In this document: positions 28,060 to 38,893 of the stretch, in pieces
Numbering within the stretch: the stretch's first letter is position 1
Layout of the letters: every line of letters begins with the position of its first letter
Origin: Nemertoderma westbladi
Lineage: Eukaryota; Animalia; Xenacoelomorpha
Direction: 5' to 3'
Length of the DNA: 58,375 nucleotides
NCBI GenBank assembly: GCA_032718475.1
Contig: JAUCBJ010003955.1
Coordinates: 1 to 58,375, forward strand
Translations under genes and position numbers: made by a program
Notes under the pieces: generated by a model
The model's database searches: none
Told to the model about the DNA's origin: nothing
What the model saw: the letters and a program-made list of their open reading frames with translations, nothing else

Positions 28060-28250
28060 ACCAGTGATGTAAACTGGATACCGTGTATCAGTGATGTAAA
28101 CTGAATACAGTGTACCAGTGATGTAAACTGGATACAGTGTATCAGTGATGGAAACTGGATACAGTGTACCAGTGATGTAAACTTATTACAGTGTACCAGC
28201 GATGTAAATTTATTACAGTGTGCCAGTCAAGTAAACTTGATACAGTGTAC
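28060..28250. repeat. 27-bp tandem repeat, ~7 copies
   Basis: Unit ACCAGTGATGTAAACTGGATACAGTGT with variants. Confidence 0.9.
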
Positions 28251-28375
28251 AAATTACTAATGAACAAAATTGTAAACTAAATTAAAATATAAACCAACAA
28301 ACAAATAAGCTTCATTCATAATTTTGGTTGTTGTAGAATTTAAATTAACATCTACCTGAGGCAGTTCTATGTATA

Positions 28376-29015
28376 ATGCATATCACATCCGTTCTGTTAA
28401 TAAGTTTAGTTCACACAACCATGGCTTATCTCAACATAACCTGTCCTAATGGACAGAGTTGGAATTTGACTTCTGACAACGCTGACTTACAAAAATATTA
28501 TGAAGAAAAGGTAAACAGGTTTGTAAAGAGTAACAACATCGTTCAAATGGGTAATGCAGTAGAACACAACTGTTCTATATGCTCAGTTACATACTTCCGT
28601 CAAGCTCACAGGATATTCCCAGGAATATGACGCGGAGATCACAATAGAGATAGGTCATTACTTTTGCAAGCACTACTCGGGTTGCGTCCCCCTCATTGAA
28701 GGCGGATGCACCTACATGCTCACAGTTGTTCTTCCTGAGGAGGGTCACAAGCATCGAGATGATAACACGGTCAGAGCTTTAGCTATAATCAACTGGCTGA
28801 AAGTTGATCTCTCAACAACATACGAAGTTTGCCAGTTTCGCTGTTGTTTCGATGGTCCGTGTTCCGAAATTCAATGGAACGAAAGAGTCACAGAATCGGC
28901 GACCACAATGGAGTCGACTACAACCCAATTGGCTACGGAGAGCGATTCCAACATTGTCGCTCCTTCATTGAAGTTGGTTGCGGTACTTATTGTACTATTG
29001 TACGGAGAGCGTTAA
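28376..29015 (+). pseudogene. Nested intronic gene or pseudogene for a secreted, probably GPI-anchored, Cys-rich Ly6/uPAR-like protein with one frameshift
   Basis: Signal-like MHITSVLLISLVHTTMA. The frame of ORF 28716 is open back to at least ~28584 (..FCKHYSGCVP..GGCTY..VCQFRCCFDGPCS), followed by a Ser/Thr-rich stalk and a hydrophobic C-terminus. A candidate acceptor TTGTTGTAG lies at ~28336. Confidence 0.55.
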
Positions 29016-29676
29016 ATATTATAAAACGCAGCACTACATTCCAAAATTATTGAAATGCACTTCAGTATTTACTTTGCAACTTTCTTTCACATTATTGTAA
29101 TTTCATCACAAAATTATAATATTAAAGTATTTAACATTATATCAAATTTATTATTGGTGCAACAAAAGAAAATTACTTTGCTAAATAGAGCAGCTGTATA
29201 TTTTTATTTTTTCGCATTGAGTACCATATAATACCATATTTAAATAACCCGTGGGAGTGGTAAAAGATTAAAATTAAAATATGAGATTTCTGTTACGGGA
29301 GCTATGTCTGAGAACACTTCGGCACCCAAAAACCAATATGTCACCATTATCAGTCGATAGCCAAAAATGGGAAACAATTAACACCTCTGTTTGTCAGCTA
29401 CAAAGGTCAAGCTGACAAACAGAAACTCTTGCGGCTCGAACTAAATTAGTAGCACGTGACTGCGCAATCTACAAGTTTATTACAGTAGAACCATTGTATT
29501 CAGTATTATTGTTGGTTGAGTGTATGTAGATAGATACCTACAGTGGTAACATCCCAATATCCAGTTACCACAATTAGGAGAGAGGGAGTCAACTTATTAG
29601 CTAACAACAAACAAACCCATCCAATCTGCTGTACTCAAACTAACGGATGAAGTGGTAGGCATTCACCAGCGGCAGC

Positions 29677-30545
29677 ATAGTGTAAAGATGATAGAAAAAT
29701 AAAGTATTGAGTGTCTTTAGCTGGTTATATTATATTAGATAAAGATGCAATAGTAAACGTTTTCGACCTACCGGTCTGCATCAGACTATGGACTGGCAAC
29801 TAACTGGAAAAGGTGGGGGTCTATATATATATATATATAAGTTTTAAAGCGGAATACCTGATAGGTGAATCCCAGAAAGGTTAACGTGTATGTATGTACT
29901 GTATAGCGTAAGGTAATTGCGATAGGGAAAATATACATCGAGTTAGTTGTAAGCTGTCAATCTATGTTCCAAAATACTGTACGTAGATACTCCAAAAACT
30001 ACGATCTTGACATCAACATTAATGCAGTCACGAAGAACCCCACATCACTAGGACAAATACTAACCAAAAATAAAACTCAATCGCAAACACACACAAATAA
30101 CACCACTAATGAGCCATGTAACTCTAGCCGCTGCCTTACATGCAAAACTATCACTAACATACAACAGACACCATGGGGTGAAAAGATAAAAGGACACTAT
30201 ACATGTAAGTCCCACACTGTATGTTACTTGGCCTGGTGCCACTGCCACCCTACTCTATACTACATAGGCCAAACGAGACAGAAACTTCACGAACGGTTTA
30301 ATGGACAGCGCAACAACATACGACACGAGCGACCCCTCACGAGCCAATGACGGAAAAACACACGAAGACATACTCCTAGCTAGGCACATATACGGTTGTG
30401 GTTTAGAAAATCTACGCACCGCACCGCAATTCACAAACATACCCAAACTACTAGCGTTAGCGACGGAAGCTAACCTAATCTATACATACAACCCCCCACT
30501 TAACGTAGCAAGACCAGCAATCTAAACCCAACGTTTTATATAATA
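29677..30545 (+). mobile_element. Penelope-like element fragment with GIY-YIG endonuclease
   Basis: PCNSSRCLTCK...YTCKSHTVCYLAWCHCHPTLYYIGQTRQKLHERF...E..LI...NPPLN follows the Penelope CxxC + GIY-YIG pattern. Frameshift near 30340. Confidence 0.85.
29758..29784 (-). ncRNA. Hammerhead-ribozyme-like motif (PLE pLTR type, variant core)
   Basis: Minus strand reads CTGATGCA-GACC-GGTA-GGTC-GAAAACG: CUGA core, 4-bp stem II and GAAA, but the core deviates from CUGANGA. Confidence 0.45.
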
Positions 30546-30610
30546 CACCCTATATTCTATATCTTTCACAACTACAGTGCCCTCTATAGCGAATTTCCGG
30601 GGTTTTTATG

Positions 30611-31762
30611 TGTTCGCGCTTTTAGACCTTTAGCAGTTTAACCTGCCAATTTTAGTTGTCTTCTTGTTTATAAATCGACTTTAGCCTAGACCAATTATTT
30701 AATGTACTGAAGTTACATCCGCCGAAGCCAGTCTGTGCGCGATCATTCACCCACAGTTAAGGGAGACTGGATTCGGGTGCTTTGAAGTTATTGCGGTGCA
30801 GACCTATGTGTATTATTCGATTGATCGTTACTATATAATCTCTGACAAATATATTTACTTTCGGGGAAATATTAACAGTTCCTTTAGGACGTGGCGCTTT
30901 AAGTATAAAAACAGAGTTATGACTTATACTAATCACAACTAGATGGCTACTGAGTTTCGTAAATAGCGCATTCTTTAGGAGATGCTTTATTATCTGTCAC
31001 ACTACTTCACACGACTTCACACTACTTCACACTACTGCACACTGATCTGCCGACCGTCACTGAATTTGATCATATATAAGGAAGATCGCAACTGACACTT
31101 GTAGGGATTATGAAATAGCATTTAATTCACACAAAACCACTATAATTTGAGTCGCAGTTGCTACCGGTAACCTGTTCCTCTCACCTTCAGTAATCAAGAA
31201 GATTGGGGGTTTTATGAGTATTCATCAGTATTATCCAAATATATCAGCAATATATATCCATATAACAACAATTAATAACAGAAGTAAAATAATGCAGTGA
31301 ACAATCAGTATGTGTTACTTAATGCAAAAACCGTAAGTTATAAATGCAGAGTTCAATGAGTCAGTATGTCGGTAGGTGCCGAGAGTTGTTCAGATAATAG
31401 ATTTACGTTCTTATAATCAAAGCCATCAGATGTTTAGGCCAAAGTCTGAAACTTCCGAAACAGAAGTACAGAATAATTCCAAGCCGGTTCTTAGGCTCAG
31501 AAAGGTAAACAAAGACCGTAATGCATTGCGCGGTTTTCCATAGGCCCCTGTTCAACATAAAGTGAAAATCGCTCTGATTGGCTGAGCAGAACAAAGAGGT
31601 TCCACGTCTACAGGAAATCAGCTGACAGATTTCGTCATCTGAGCTCCAATCTTTTAGAGTATTATGCGCATTGTGGCAAAAATGACTTGTTATGTCCGCT
31701 AAAGCACCTACACTGTGCATTGCGGGGAAAAATGACTTGTTATGTCCGCAAAAGCTTTTACA
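30611..31762 (-). repeat. 3' LTR (1152 bp)
   Basis: Direct repeat of 47820-48911; carries extra 50-bp and 10-bp duplicated units. Confidence 0.95.
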
Positions 31763-31772
31763 CCGCTCCCAG
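31763..31772 (-). promoter_or_regulatory. Polypurine tract
   Basis: CTGGGAGCGG immediately precedes TGTAAAAGC on the minus strand; identical in the copy at 888-897. Confidence 0.75.
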
Positions 31773-31840
31773 AAAATGGGATTTAATTCTATAAAATATA
31801 AAAAATCACAGTTTCTAAAATATAAAAATACTCTAAACAG

Positions 31841-32839
31841 TTAGTCCTTCTTACATGAACGGCGTTTACGAAGTTTTTTGAGGCTAGCAAGAGTCCTTTT
31901 CTCTTTGGGGCGAGCCACTTTACTAGGAGGGCTATAACTCCTGGGTGAGGGGTGCAATACAATTGCATCGGAAGGTTTAGGGTTACAGTCGGTGTATCCG
32001 CCGGTCGAGGTACCCGGTTGATCGATATCAACCTCAGTGGAACGAGGTCGAACAACCTTTAGAGCGCGTTTCAAGACAGCAGCTCTTACTGGTCCTTGAC
32101 GAGTCGTTTGCACGAGAGCGGTAGGTGGACCGTGAGTAGTGAGAAATTTCCTCGGTTTGATGGTTCTTTCTAACTCGCGTTCTTGGGCTCTATATTCATA
32201 GGGTCGTCTATGAACTTCCTGTAGTTCTGGATGCGAGTTGATGAACAAGTCACCATATTCCGGATCTTGACGGATGAAGTTGATCAAGTTATAGGAATTA
32301 AGATCATTAGGATTAATGTTCCTGAGATACTTGCGAATAAATTTGGTCGAAATATTCTCGCCAACACGCTTCATTAGTTCGTAACTCGGTGTGCGAGATT
32401 TTTGCTCAACGGAAGCAAAGAGGTATGGGTGAAACGCATAAACTCCTTCATAGGCACGTCCAGGGTAGTATCGATGACGTGACTCGCAATGGAGATCCGC
32501 GTTAGCTTCCCAGGCTCGAATGTAGCGCAGGGCAACCATTTCGTCTACGCTTTCCAGATCTCGGTTGAAAGGGCAATCAAAACATGCGTGTCCTTTAAAC
32601 TGGCAATGATGGCATTGAGTCATAAATTGAGGGCAGACTGCGAAGATGTGTAAGTTATTGAGTCTACAATACGCACAATAGATCTCCATTGTAGGTTGGT
32701 CTTGGAAGTAGGAGCAGGGTATGTTGGAGTCCACTGGGGTGAAGTGGTCTCGTGATGCGCATAATCGGCAACGTTTCCAGAAACATAATTGGCATGCCGA
32801 TAATCGTAGGCGGTGAGACATTGTGGACCTTGATACCAT
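31841..32839 (-). CDS. Accessory ORF, C-terminal segment: CCHC zinc-knuckle cluster and basic tail
   Basis: CRLCASRDH..., CAYCRLNNLHIFAVC and the canonical CX2CX4HX4C CHHCQFKGHACFDC; ends KKLRKRRSCKKD. Confidence 0.7.
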   Translation of the reverse strand: MVSRSTMSHRLRLSACQLCFWKRCRLCASRDHFTPVDSNIPCSYFQDQPTMEIYCAYCRLNNLHIFAVCPQFMTQCHHCQFKGHACFDCPFNRDLESVDEMVALRYIRAWEANADLHCESRHRYYPGRAYEGVYAFHPYLFASVEQKSRTPSYELMKRVGENISTKFIRKYLRNINPNDLNSYNLINFIRQDPEYGDLFINSHPELQEVHRRPYEYRAQERELERTIKPRKFLTTHGPPTALVQTTRQGPVRAAVLKRALKVVRPRSTEVDIDQPGTSTGGYTDCNPKPSDAIVLHPSPRSYSPPSKVARPKEKRTLASLKKLRKRRSCKKD

Positions 32840-33003
32840 TCCAGAACGTAATCGTTGTCACTGCTTCTGGGCTCTGTGGGTTGAATCTCCTCGGACTCTA
32901 AGCAAATTGGTTCGTCTTCTAATTGCATAGCTGAGGTAGGCATAGCTGTCTCCTCAAGCGAACCCACTGTCTGAACTTCCACGATAGAATAACCCGTGGG
33001 GAT

Positions 33004-34731
33004 TCAGGGTCTTTGTATAACAGAGGAATGTAAGTTCTGTATACAAACGTCCTTGAAAATGGCGAATCCAGCGCTGTCTAACTTCTCAGCAGCTGAGTCT
33101 CTTAGGCTGAGCTTAGTCAGAGCGCGGTCCTTGAACTGACTATCAACGTTACGGAATGGAGTCAGAAAGCGCCTAAAGCATTCGAATCGGATGAATTTAT
33201 TGTGTTCATCTAGCTTGGCGAGTTTGGTTCCAAGTAACAAGGGATGGGCGCGTATAGTACGACTGCACACATCGGCTAGCCAACCGGCAAGTGCGGCGTT
33301 CTCGAAGATAGTGTATATAGCTAATGACGGACGAAGTGGAACACTCATGAAGCTATAAACGACGCCAGGTGCGGTCAATGGTCCGTTGAAGTATAATCGA
33401 GAATAGTGATCTCCATATACTTGTTGATAGTTGATAGGGTTTCCGACTTTGAAATTCCATCCGTATTCTTGAAAGGCAAGATATCCGATGGAGGTTCGTT
33501 GTACTTTATTGATGCCGCTGGATGTATTGGCATACATAGTGCGGAAGAAACCTCGGCCTTCTGCCCAGGGAGCAATCAGCTGGGTGTCTACGAAAGGATA
33601 TGGGATATTCTCCATGTTCCTGAAGTCGTTTTGGAGATCTCCATAAACAGCTGAGCCGATTTTAAGCATTCTTTCGTTAAACAACATCTCGAGCACTGGT
33701 TGGGGTAACATCGATCCATCTATACCCATGGCCGGTTTGCGCACGGTATCGGTGACGTAGCGCTGTGCGAGTTCGAATTGTCCATGTCGGAGTTTCTTTT
33801 GGATCTCGGTGAGAGTCTCAAAAGAATAATCGATCACGTCGGAACACGCTCGGGTAAACACATGGGTAGAACCAGCTAGTCCACGTATGTGTATCATCCG
33901 CGTAGTTCCCAGTTCTCCAACCGGAACGCTACCTTCATTATCATAAGTGACAACTCCATGCATTTCGATAACGTTAAGAGTTTCGTTCCACTCTTTGGTG
34001 GTGTTTTCTATGGTCATATCCACCGGATGCCATAAGGTGGCGCGTTCGCTAGCATTAGGTAGATCGCTATACTTCAGATAATGTGTAGTATATGTCTCTA
34101 CATCTCCATATCGCTGTATTCTCTCTTCCTCGAATAATACGTCGAGATTCCAATGGACTATTCGAGTTTTAATAAATCCATCGAGATTATATGGGGGAAT
34201 TATATCCTTTATTATTCTAGAAACATTGTAAGGTTTTCTGAATGAGTTTACTTTCACTAACTGATCCAGATGTTTCTGTAGTTGTTCGAGTTCAACAAGA
34301 TCGAGGGGATTTATCAGTGGTAGAAACCTCAAACTGTGTATAGGATCTTCCGGTTTCACCATATAATATTGAGTTAGATTGACATAATAAGGGTGGTCTT
34401 TGATCCCATAAAATGAGTTTGGTAAAGGTCTAGCGCGTAGGTTGACCTCGTGTACCATACGACGGACAAGATCCGCTCGATTGTCCGGAGGTTCAATGAG
34501 TATACCGTCGACACGAGCGGCTTCGATTGGCGGATGTTGTAACATAGGAGCGTCAGCGATAAGGTCTCGAGATCTTAGGTTGATATCAACCAGTTGGGGT
34601 TGTACCGTGGCGAAGAGTTTGTCTCCGAAATGGGGAACCATCGAGGGATGAATGATGGTTTTGGAATAGAGATCAGTCATAAGGATTTGAGCTTCTGGTT
34701 TGGCTAAAGCTGCTTCCTCTCTTTCGTCCAT
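33004..34731 (-). CDS. Accessory ORF, middle segment: DEDDy (DnaQ-like, WRN/EXD/Mut-7-type) 3'-5' exonuclease domain
   Basis: ExoI VVTYDNEG; ExoII region LPQPVLEMLFNERMLKIGSAVYGDLQNDF...FVDTQLIA; helix SIGYLAFQEYGW; ExoIII-like PLRPSLAIYTIFENAA. Confidence 0.7.
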   Translation of the reverse strand: MDEREEAALAKPEAQILMTDLYSKTIIHPSMVPHFGDKLFATVQPQLVDINLRSRDLIADAPMLQHPPIEAARVDGILIEPPDNRADLVRRMVHEVNLRARPLPNSFYGIKDHPYYVNLTQYYMVKPEDPIHSLRFLPLINPLDLVELEQLQKHLDQLVKVNSFRKPYNVSRIIKDIIPPYNLDGFIKTRIVHWNLDVLFEEERIQRYGDVETYTTHYLKYSDLPNASERATLWHPVDMTIENTTKEWNETLNVIEMHGVVTYDNEGSVPVGELGTTRMIHIRGLAGSTHVFTRACSDVIDYSFETLTEIQKKLRHGQFELAQRYVTDTVRKPAMGIDGSMLPQPVLEMLFNERMLKIGSAVYGDLQNDFRNMENIPYPFVDTQLIAPWAEGRGFFRTMYANTSSGINKVQRTSIGYLAFQEYGWNFKVGNPINYQQVYGDHYSRLYFNGPLTAPGVVYSFMSVPLRPSLAIYTIFENAALAGWLADVCSRTIRAHPLLLGTKLAKLDEHNKFIRFECFRRFLTPFRNVDSQFKDRALTKLSLRDSAAEKLDSAGFAIFKDVCIQNLHSSVIQRP

Positions 34732-35929
34732 TTCGATGTGCTTCTCCTCGAGCTGGTTTTCCTCCGCTTGTCATTGGAAGCGTTCGTCCAAAAACTTTTG
34801 CAGAGAATAGGTTCGTCCAAGTTCGATGTCTTCCTCGAGATTCTATAGGGGTTAAACCGGGACGATTATACGGGCTAAACGGCGACATTAAATGTCCGCG
34901 TCCCAATCCGGCTAGGTAGGATGGGTGAATATCTAGAGAGCCCACTACCGGAGCGCCACCGATTAATTGTTCAGGCAACACTAGATCTTTGAACAGTGAG
35001 TACAGTACGGGAGGATCCGTGATACTATTAGGATCAAGAGTCTGAGGTTTCACCAGGGAATGAGGAGATCTGATCGAGTATTCCGGAACTCCCATCATCG
35101 GTTTATTTAAGGATCGTTTGAGCCGAGCGAGCGTAGGTGATACGTCAAACAAGTTTCGCTCGAAACTCCCGTAAGTATAGCGAGTAAAACTGTGTTTAGC
35201 GCAACGTCTCCGCGGATGCCCACGTCCTTCCATTTGTTGGTTGGGTCTAGGGCATTCATCGCAATAATACCAAAGACGCACGTCTTGTAGGGGAAACGCG
35301 GGTGATCTTTCTCCAGTTTTACAATATTCCTCCATCTGTTCGAAGCTATCCGGTACAACAGGTAGAGGTCGATCGGCGGTAAGATACATCATAGTGAAAT
35401 AGAGTCGTTTGAGTTCTATCATAGGGTCAGGATGTATACCTTGAGGATATCGAGTTTCTAGGTTTTGTTGACTGGCTATATTGAGATATGTTTCTCTCGA
35501 GAATTCCAAATAGTCGTTGAAGTCACTACGTTTATCCGGCTCTTCAACGTCTTCTCTTTCGAGTTGGTTTCGAATAGAATTTTCGTGTTCGATTCTCAGT
35601 TTATCGTTCCGACTCCGCTGGGTATGATATTTAAATAGGATCATTTCCCTTTCGGTGTCTACATCGTCCGTATCGTGTAAATCGATAGGATGACCAGTAG
35701 TTAAGAAGTCCATATACGTACCATTACGATGCGTATAGCGAGCGGTGAATTTTCTATAGTCCAATTCACGCGTGAGTTGTTCCTTTGACATTGGCGGTTC
35801 GATATAATGGCCATCGTCCTCCGTAGTAGTTTGACTAGCATCGCCGCGTATTAAACTATCAACAAACGCTTGCAATGGTAGGGTATATCACTCCCTGATA
35901 CCAAGATCATCTTCTATCAACTCAGTCAT
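34673..35929 (-). CDS. Accessory ORF, N-terminal segment; unknown function, possible CxxC...CxxH zinc site
   Basis: 400-aa open frame. An in-frame ATG at 35929 is separated from it by one TGA. Contains WYYCDEC...RRCAKH and is homologous to 1-365. Confidence 0.6.
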
Positions 35930-37661
35930 AGCTGCTATATGAGTTTATCGATATTATAATTAATTATAATTAGGCTAGCGGTCGTCGCTGCCTCCCCCTC
36001 AATGCCCCCGGACAGCGCAAGATCCTCAGCGCTGATGTACTGTCGTCGCTGTGCCTCTTGCCAACACAGTAGCTACACAACGACAACAATAACCAGCTCG
36101 AGTCACTCCACTGTCCGTCCCAAGGGCTTAGAATTACTTCAGGTTATTGCTACAGAGGTAGGGCAACTTTCACAACTGCGCCTCGCTACTGTAAACATAC
36201 TTTAGTAGTAACATTCACCCATAAACGCACAAATTCCACACAACTGTCTCAAATTGTACACATTCGGGCCATTTGTCCGTTAGTCAAGTGCCTTCCAGAA
36301 TGCCACGTTATTATTATGTATTCCTGGATACTAGCAGTGCGCTATTTATTCCGTATGCTATTCAATGGGGCAAGCTTTCTATTGTTCTTTTAACTCGCTT
36401 CTAATTCTAGCGTGGTTGTTGCCATGGTGACATTATGGAAAGCTAGCAGTAGAATTTGGGTAATTCTCATGCATACAGATCTGGGATGCTATTTAATAGT
36501 AATTCTTTAATTGTCAATATTCCCCCTTATACATGATTTTATGAATTTTATCGGCTATTGACTATATGTTGGAGATTCTCGCACACTAATATACTTAATA
36601 GGGTGAATCTCCGCTCCCATGATCTATTAATGAATGGAATTTTGGGAATGTTATAAATTGCATAAAATGACAATTTATCAAATTCATGAGAGGATATGAA
36701 TTTAAAATTTATTCCTGTAAATTTTATTATTTAATATTAAAATAGACACAATTTTATTCCAGAACATATCTGAGGACTAGGATCCTTAATTCTAGGAAAT
36801 TTGTCTTTTTAAGAGTATCGGTAAGTGCTACAATATCTTAATCGACTAGCATTTTAAAGGATCTGAATTTTAACAGATTTTGGATTTCTAGATTTTCTTG
36901 GTTTACAAACTCCTTAGAGTTTATTTGTATGCATTTTCTCTATTATAACATTTGTTTTAATAGATTTTTATAAATATTAAATATTTAATATTTAAGATGG
37001 GCACCGATTTATTCCAGAGCTTGTCTGGGGACGTTAACCACTGATTCTAGAATTTTGTCTTTCAAGTATATCGGTGGGTGCCGCGATATCTTAATCGACT
37101 AGAATTACAGATGGTCAAAGGGTTTAACAGATTTATTTTGCGTTCTACGCTACTGTTAAAGGGACATCACGCCACTATATGTATTATTTAATATACAGTA
37201 TGAGAGCAATATTGCAAGGAGCAATGTCAGTGAGAAGAGGCAAGTCGTTTCCAAGGTCTATCCAGAGCTTGGTTTAGCCGAGACACGAGGATCTGAACTT
37301 TGCATTCCTAATACTCTACTTACCAATAATACTTGAGTATAGTAGGAGCTTTATTGTACTTTAATAAGTAAGGACATTTCATCTTACTGTAGTCACGTAT
37401 TTATAATATGATACGGACAGTAAGGAAAGAGAAAAAGAATTATTTCTCGCCATTGCACTAAATATATAATGCTAAGTAATTAATTAATAAACACGAATAT
37501 ATATATTGCACTAATCTACTAAATAATCGCTAAAATAACATTCTACTAAATAAAATTAAAGAAAACGATTATAATAAAATTACATAATAATACATACATA
37601 AATATAAAAATAATAAAAACAAATATAAAATAATGTAGTCACACACCTACTCCGTATGCTG

Positions 37662-38893
37662 TTACGTTGGGGAGTCCCTAGATGTTGGTTGGATTAGGGA
37701 AGTGGTCGTCGGAAGAGTATCTTGCCTTCCATAGTTTCCGGATAGCTCTCTGTCTCTTTCCAGTAAACATAAACGACCAATTGGGCGATTGAGTTGCTGT
37801 GTTTCGAATACAATTCCAGGTTTCTTAAAGTTACGTCGCATGACGACGAGTTCTACCGATCGCACTAAACCATCATCGGATATATGAGTCTCGATGATAC
37901 GACCTGTCTGCCACCGCTTACGTGGAAGATCTGATTCCACAATAAGGACCATGTCTCCGGCGTTGACGTTTTCTTGCTGCGCAAACCACTTGGTTCGAAG
38001 TTGTAGCATAGGCAGATAATGTTTTTCGAAATGGTCAGCGAAATGACGGGATAATAACTGCATGAGTTGCCAAGTTTGTCGGCAGTATTCGTCTCCATCC
38101 GTGATTTCCGATTGTGGGAGCATGGCTACAGGTTTCTTCAGTAGGAAATGCGCGGGTGTTAGCGTTTCTAGGGAGTCGGGACTCGATGAGACTGGCATAA
38201 GTGGTCTCTCGTTAAGATAGGCGGCGATTTCTTCCATTAACGTCCGCAAAAGTTCGTCGGTGAGATACGCGCGGCAAGGCACTATAAAGTGAAATGCGGT
38301 CTTTACGCTCCTTATTAATCTCTCCCAACTTCCTACCCACCAAGGGGCGTCGGCGGCGTTGAAGGTCCAGCTAGATGCTGTTACCCCTAGCTGATCGTCC
38401 ACCTGTCTTTGGTTCCAATCTTTAACGTAAGCTTTGATCTCATTATTGGCGCCAATGAAGTTCGTTCCCCTATCAGATCTCATCGTGTTGCTAGTTCCAA
38501 AGCAAGCGATCTGTCGGTGTAAACTCAGTATGAAGCTGTTGGTAGATAGATTGTTCACCATATCTAGATGGATCGCTCTACAAGTCATACAGACAAAGAT
38601 GACACACCATCGCTTGACTATAGTCCTAGCACGATATACTTCAATAGGGCCAAATAAATCCACACCAGTATTGGTAAAGGGTGGTTCATAGAAGCATACT
38701 CGTTCCCTAGGTAATTCTGCCTCTCGCTGTGTTAAAGGCCTACTCTACTGAATGCTTTCCTACAGGGTATACAGTTCCTAAGAACTTGGTTCAAAGCTCT
38801 ACGGGGTTTATGGAAATAATAGCGAGTTCGAATTTCGCTAAGAACTCATTCTCTACCAGCATGGTAAAGCCTACTGTGAACATCTACAATCAT
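37662..38893 (-). pseudogene. pol: pol integrase (HHCC + DDE core + BEL C-terminal domain), disrupted
   Basis: VHSRLYHAG*..NCIPCRK zinc finger; DLFGP, RSDRGTNF, WERLIRSVK; LNERPL, LTPAHFL, RTKW. Confidence 0.93.

Noticed and set aside
31841-35929. env gene
   Set aside because: No signal peptide, TM helix or fusion-protein cysteine pattern is visible; the motifs point to a nuclease and zinc knuckles.
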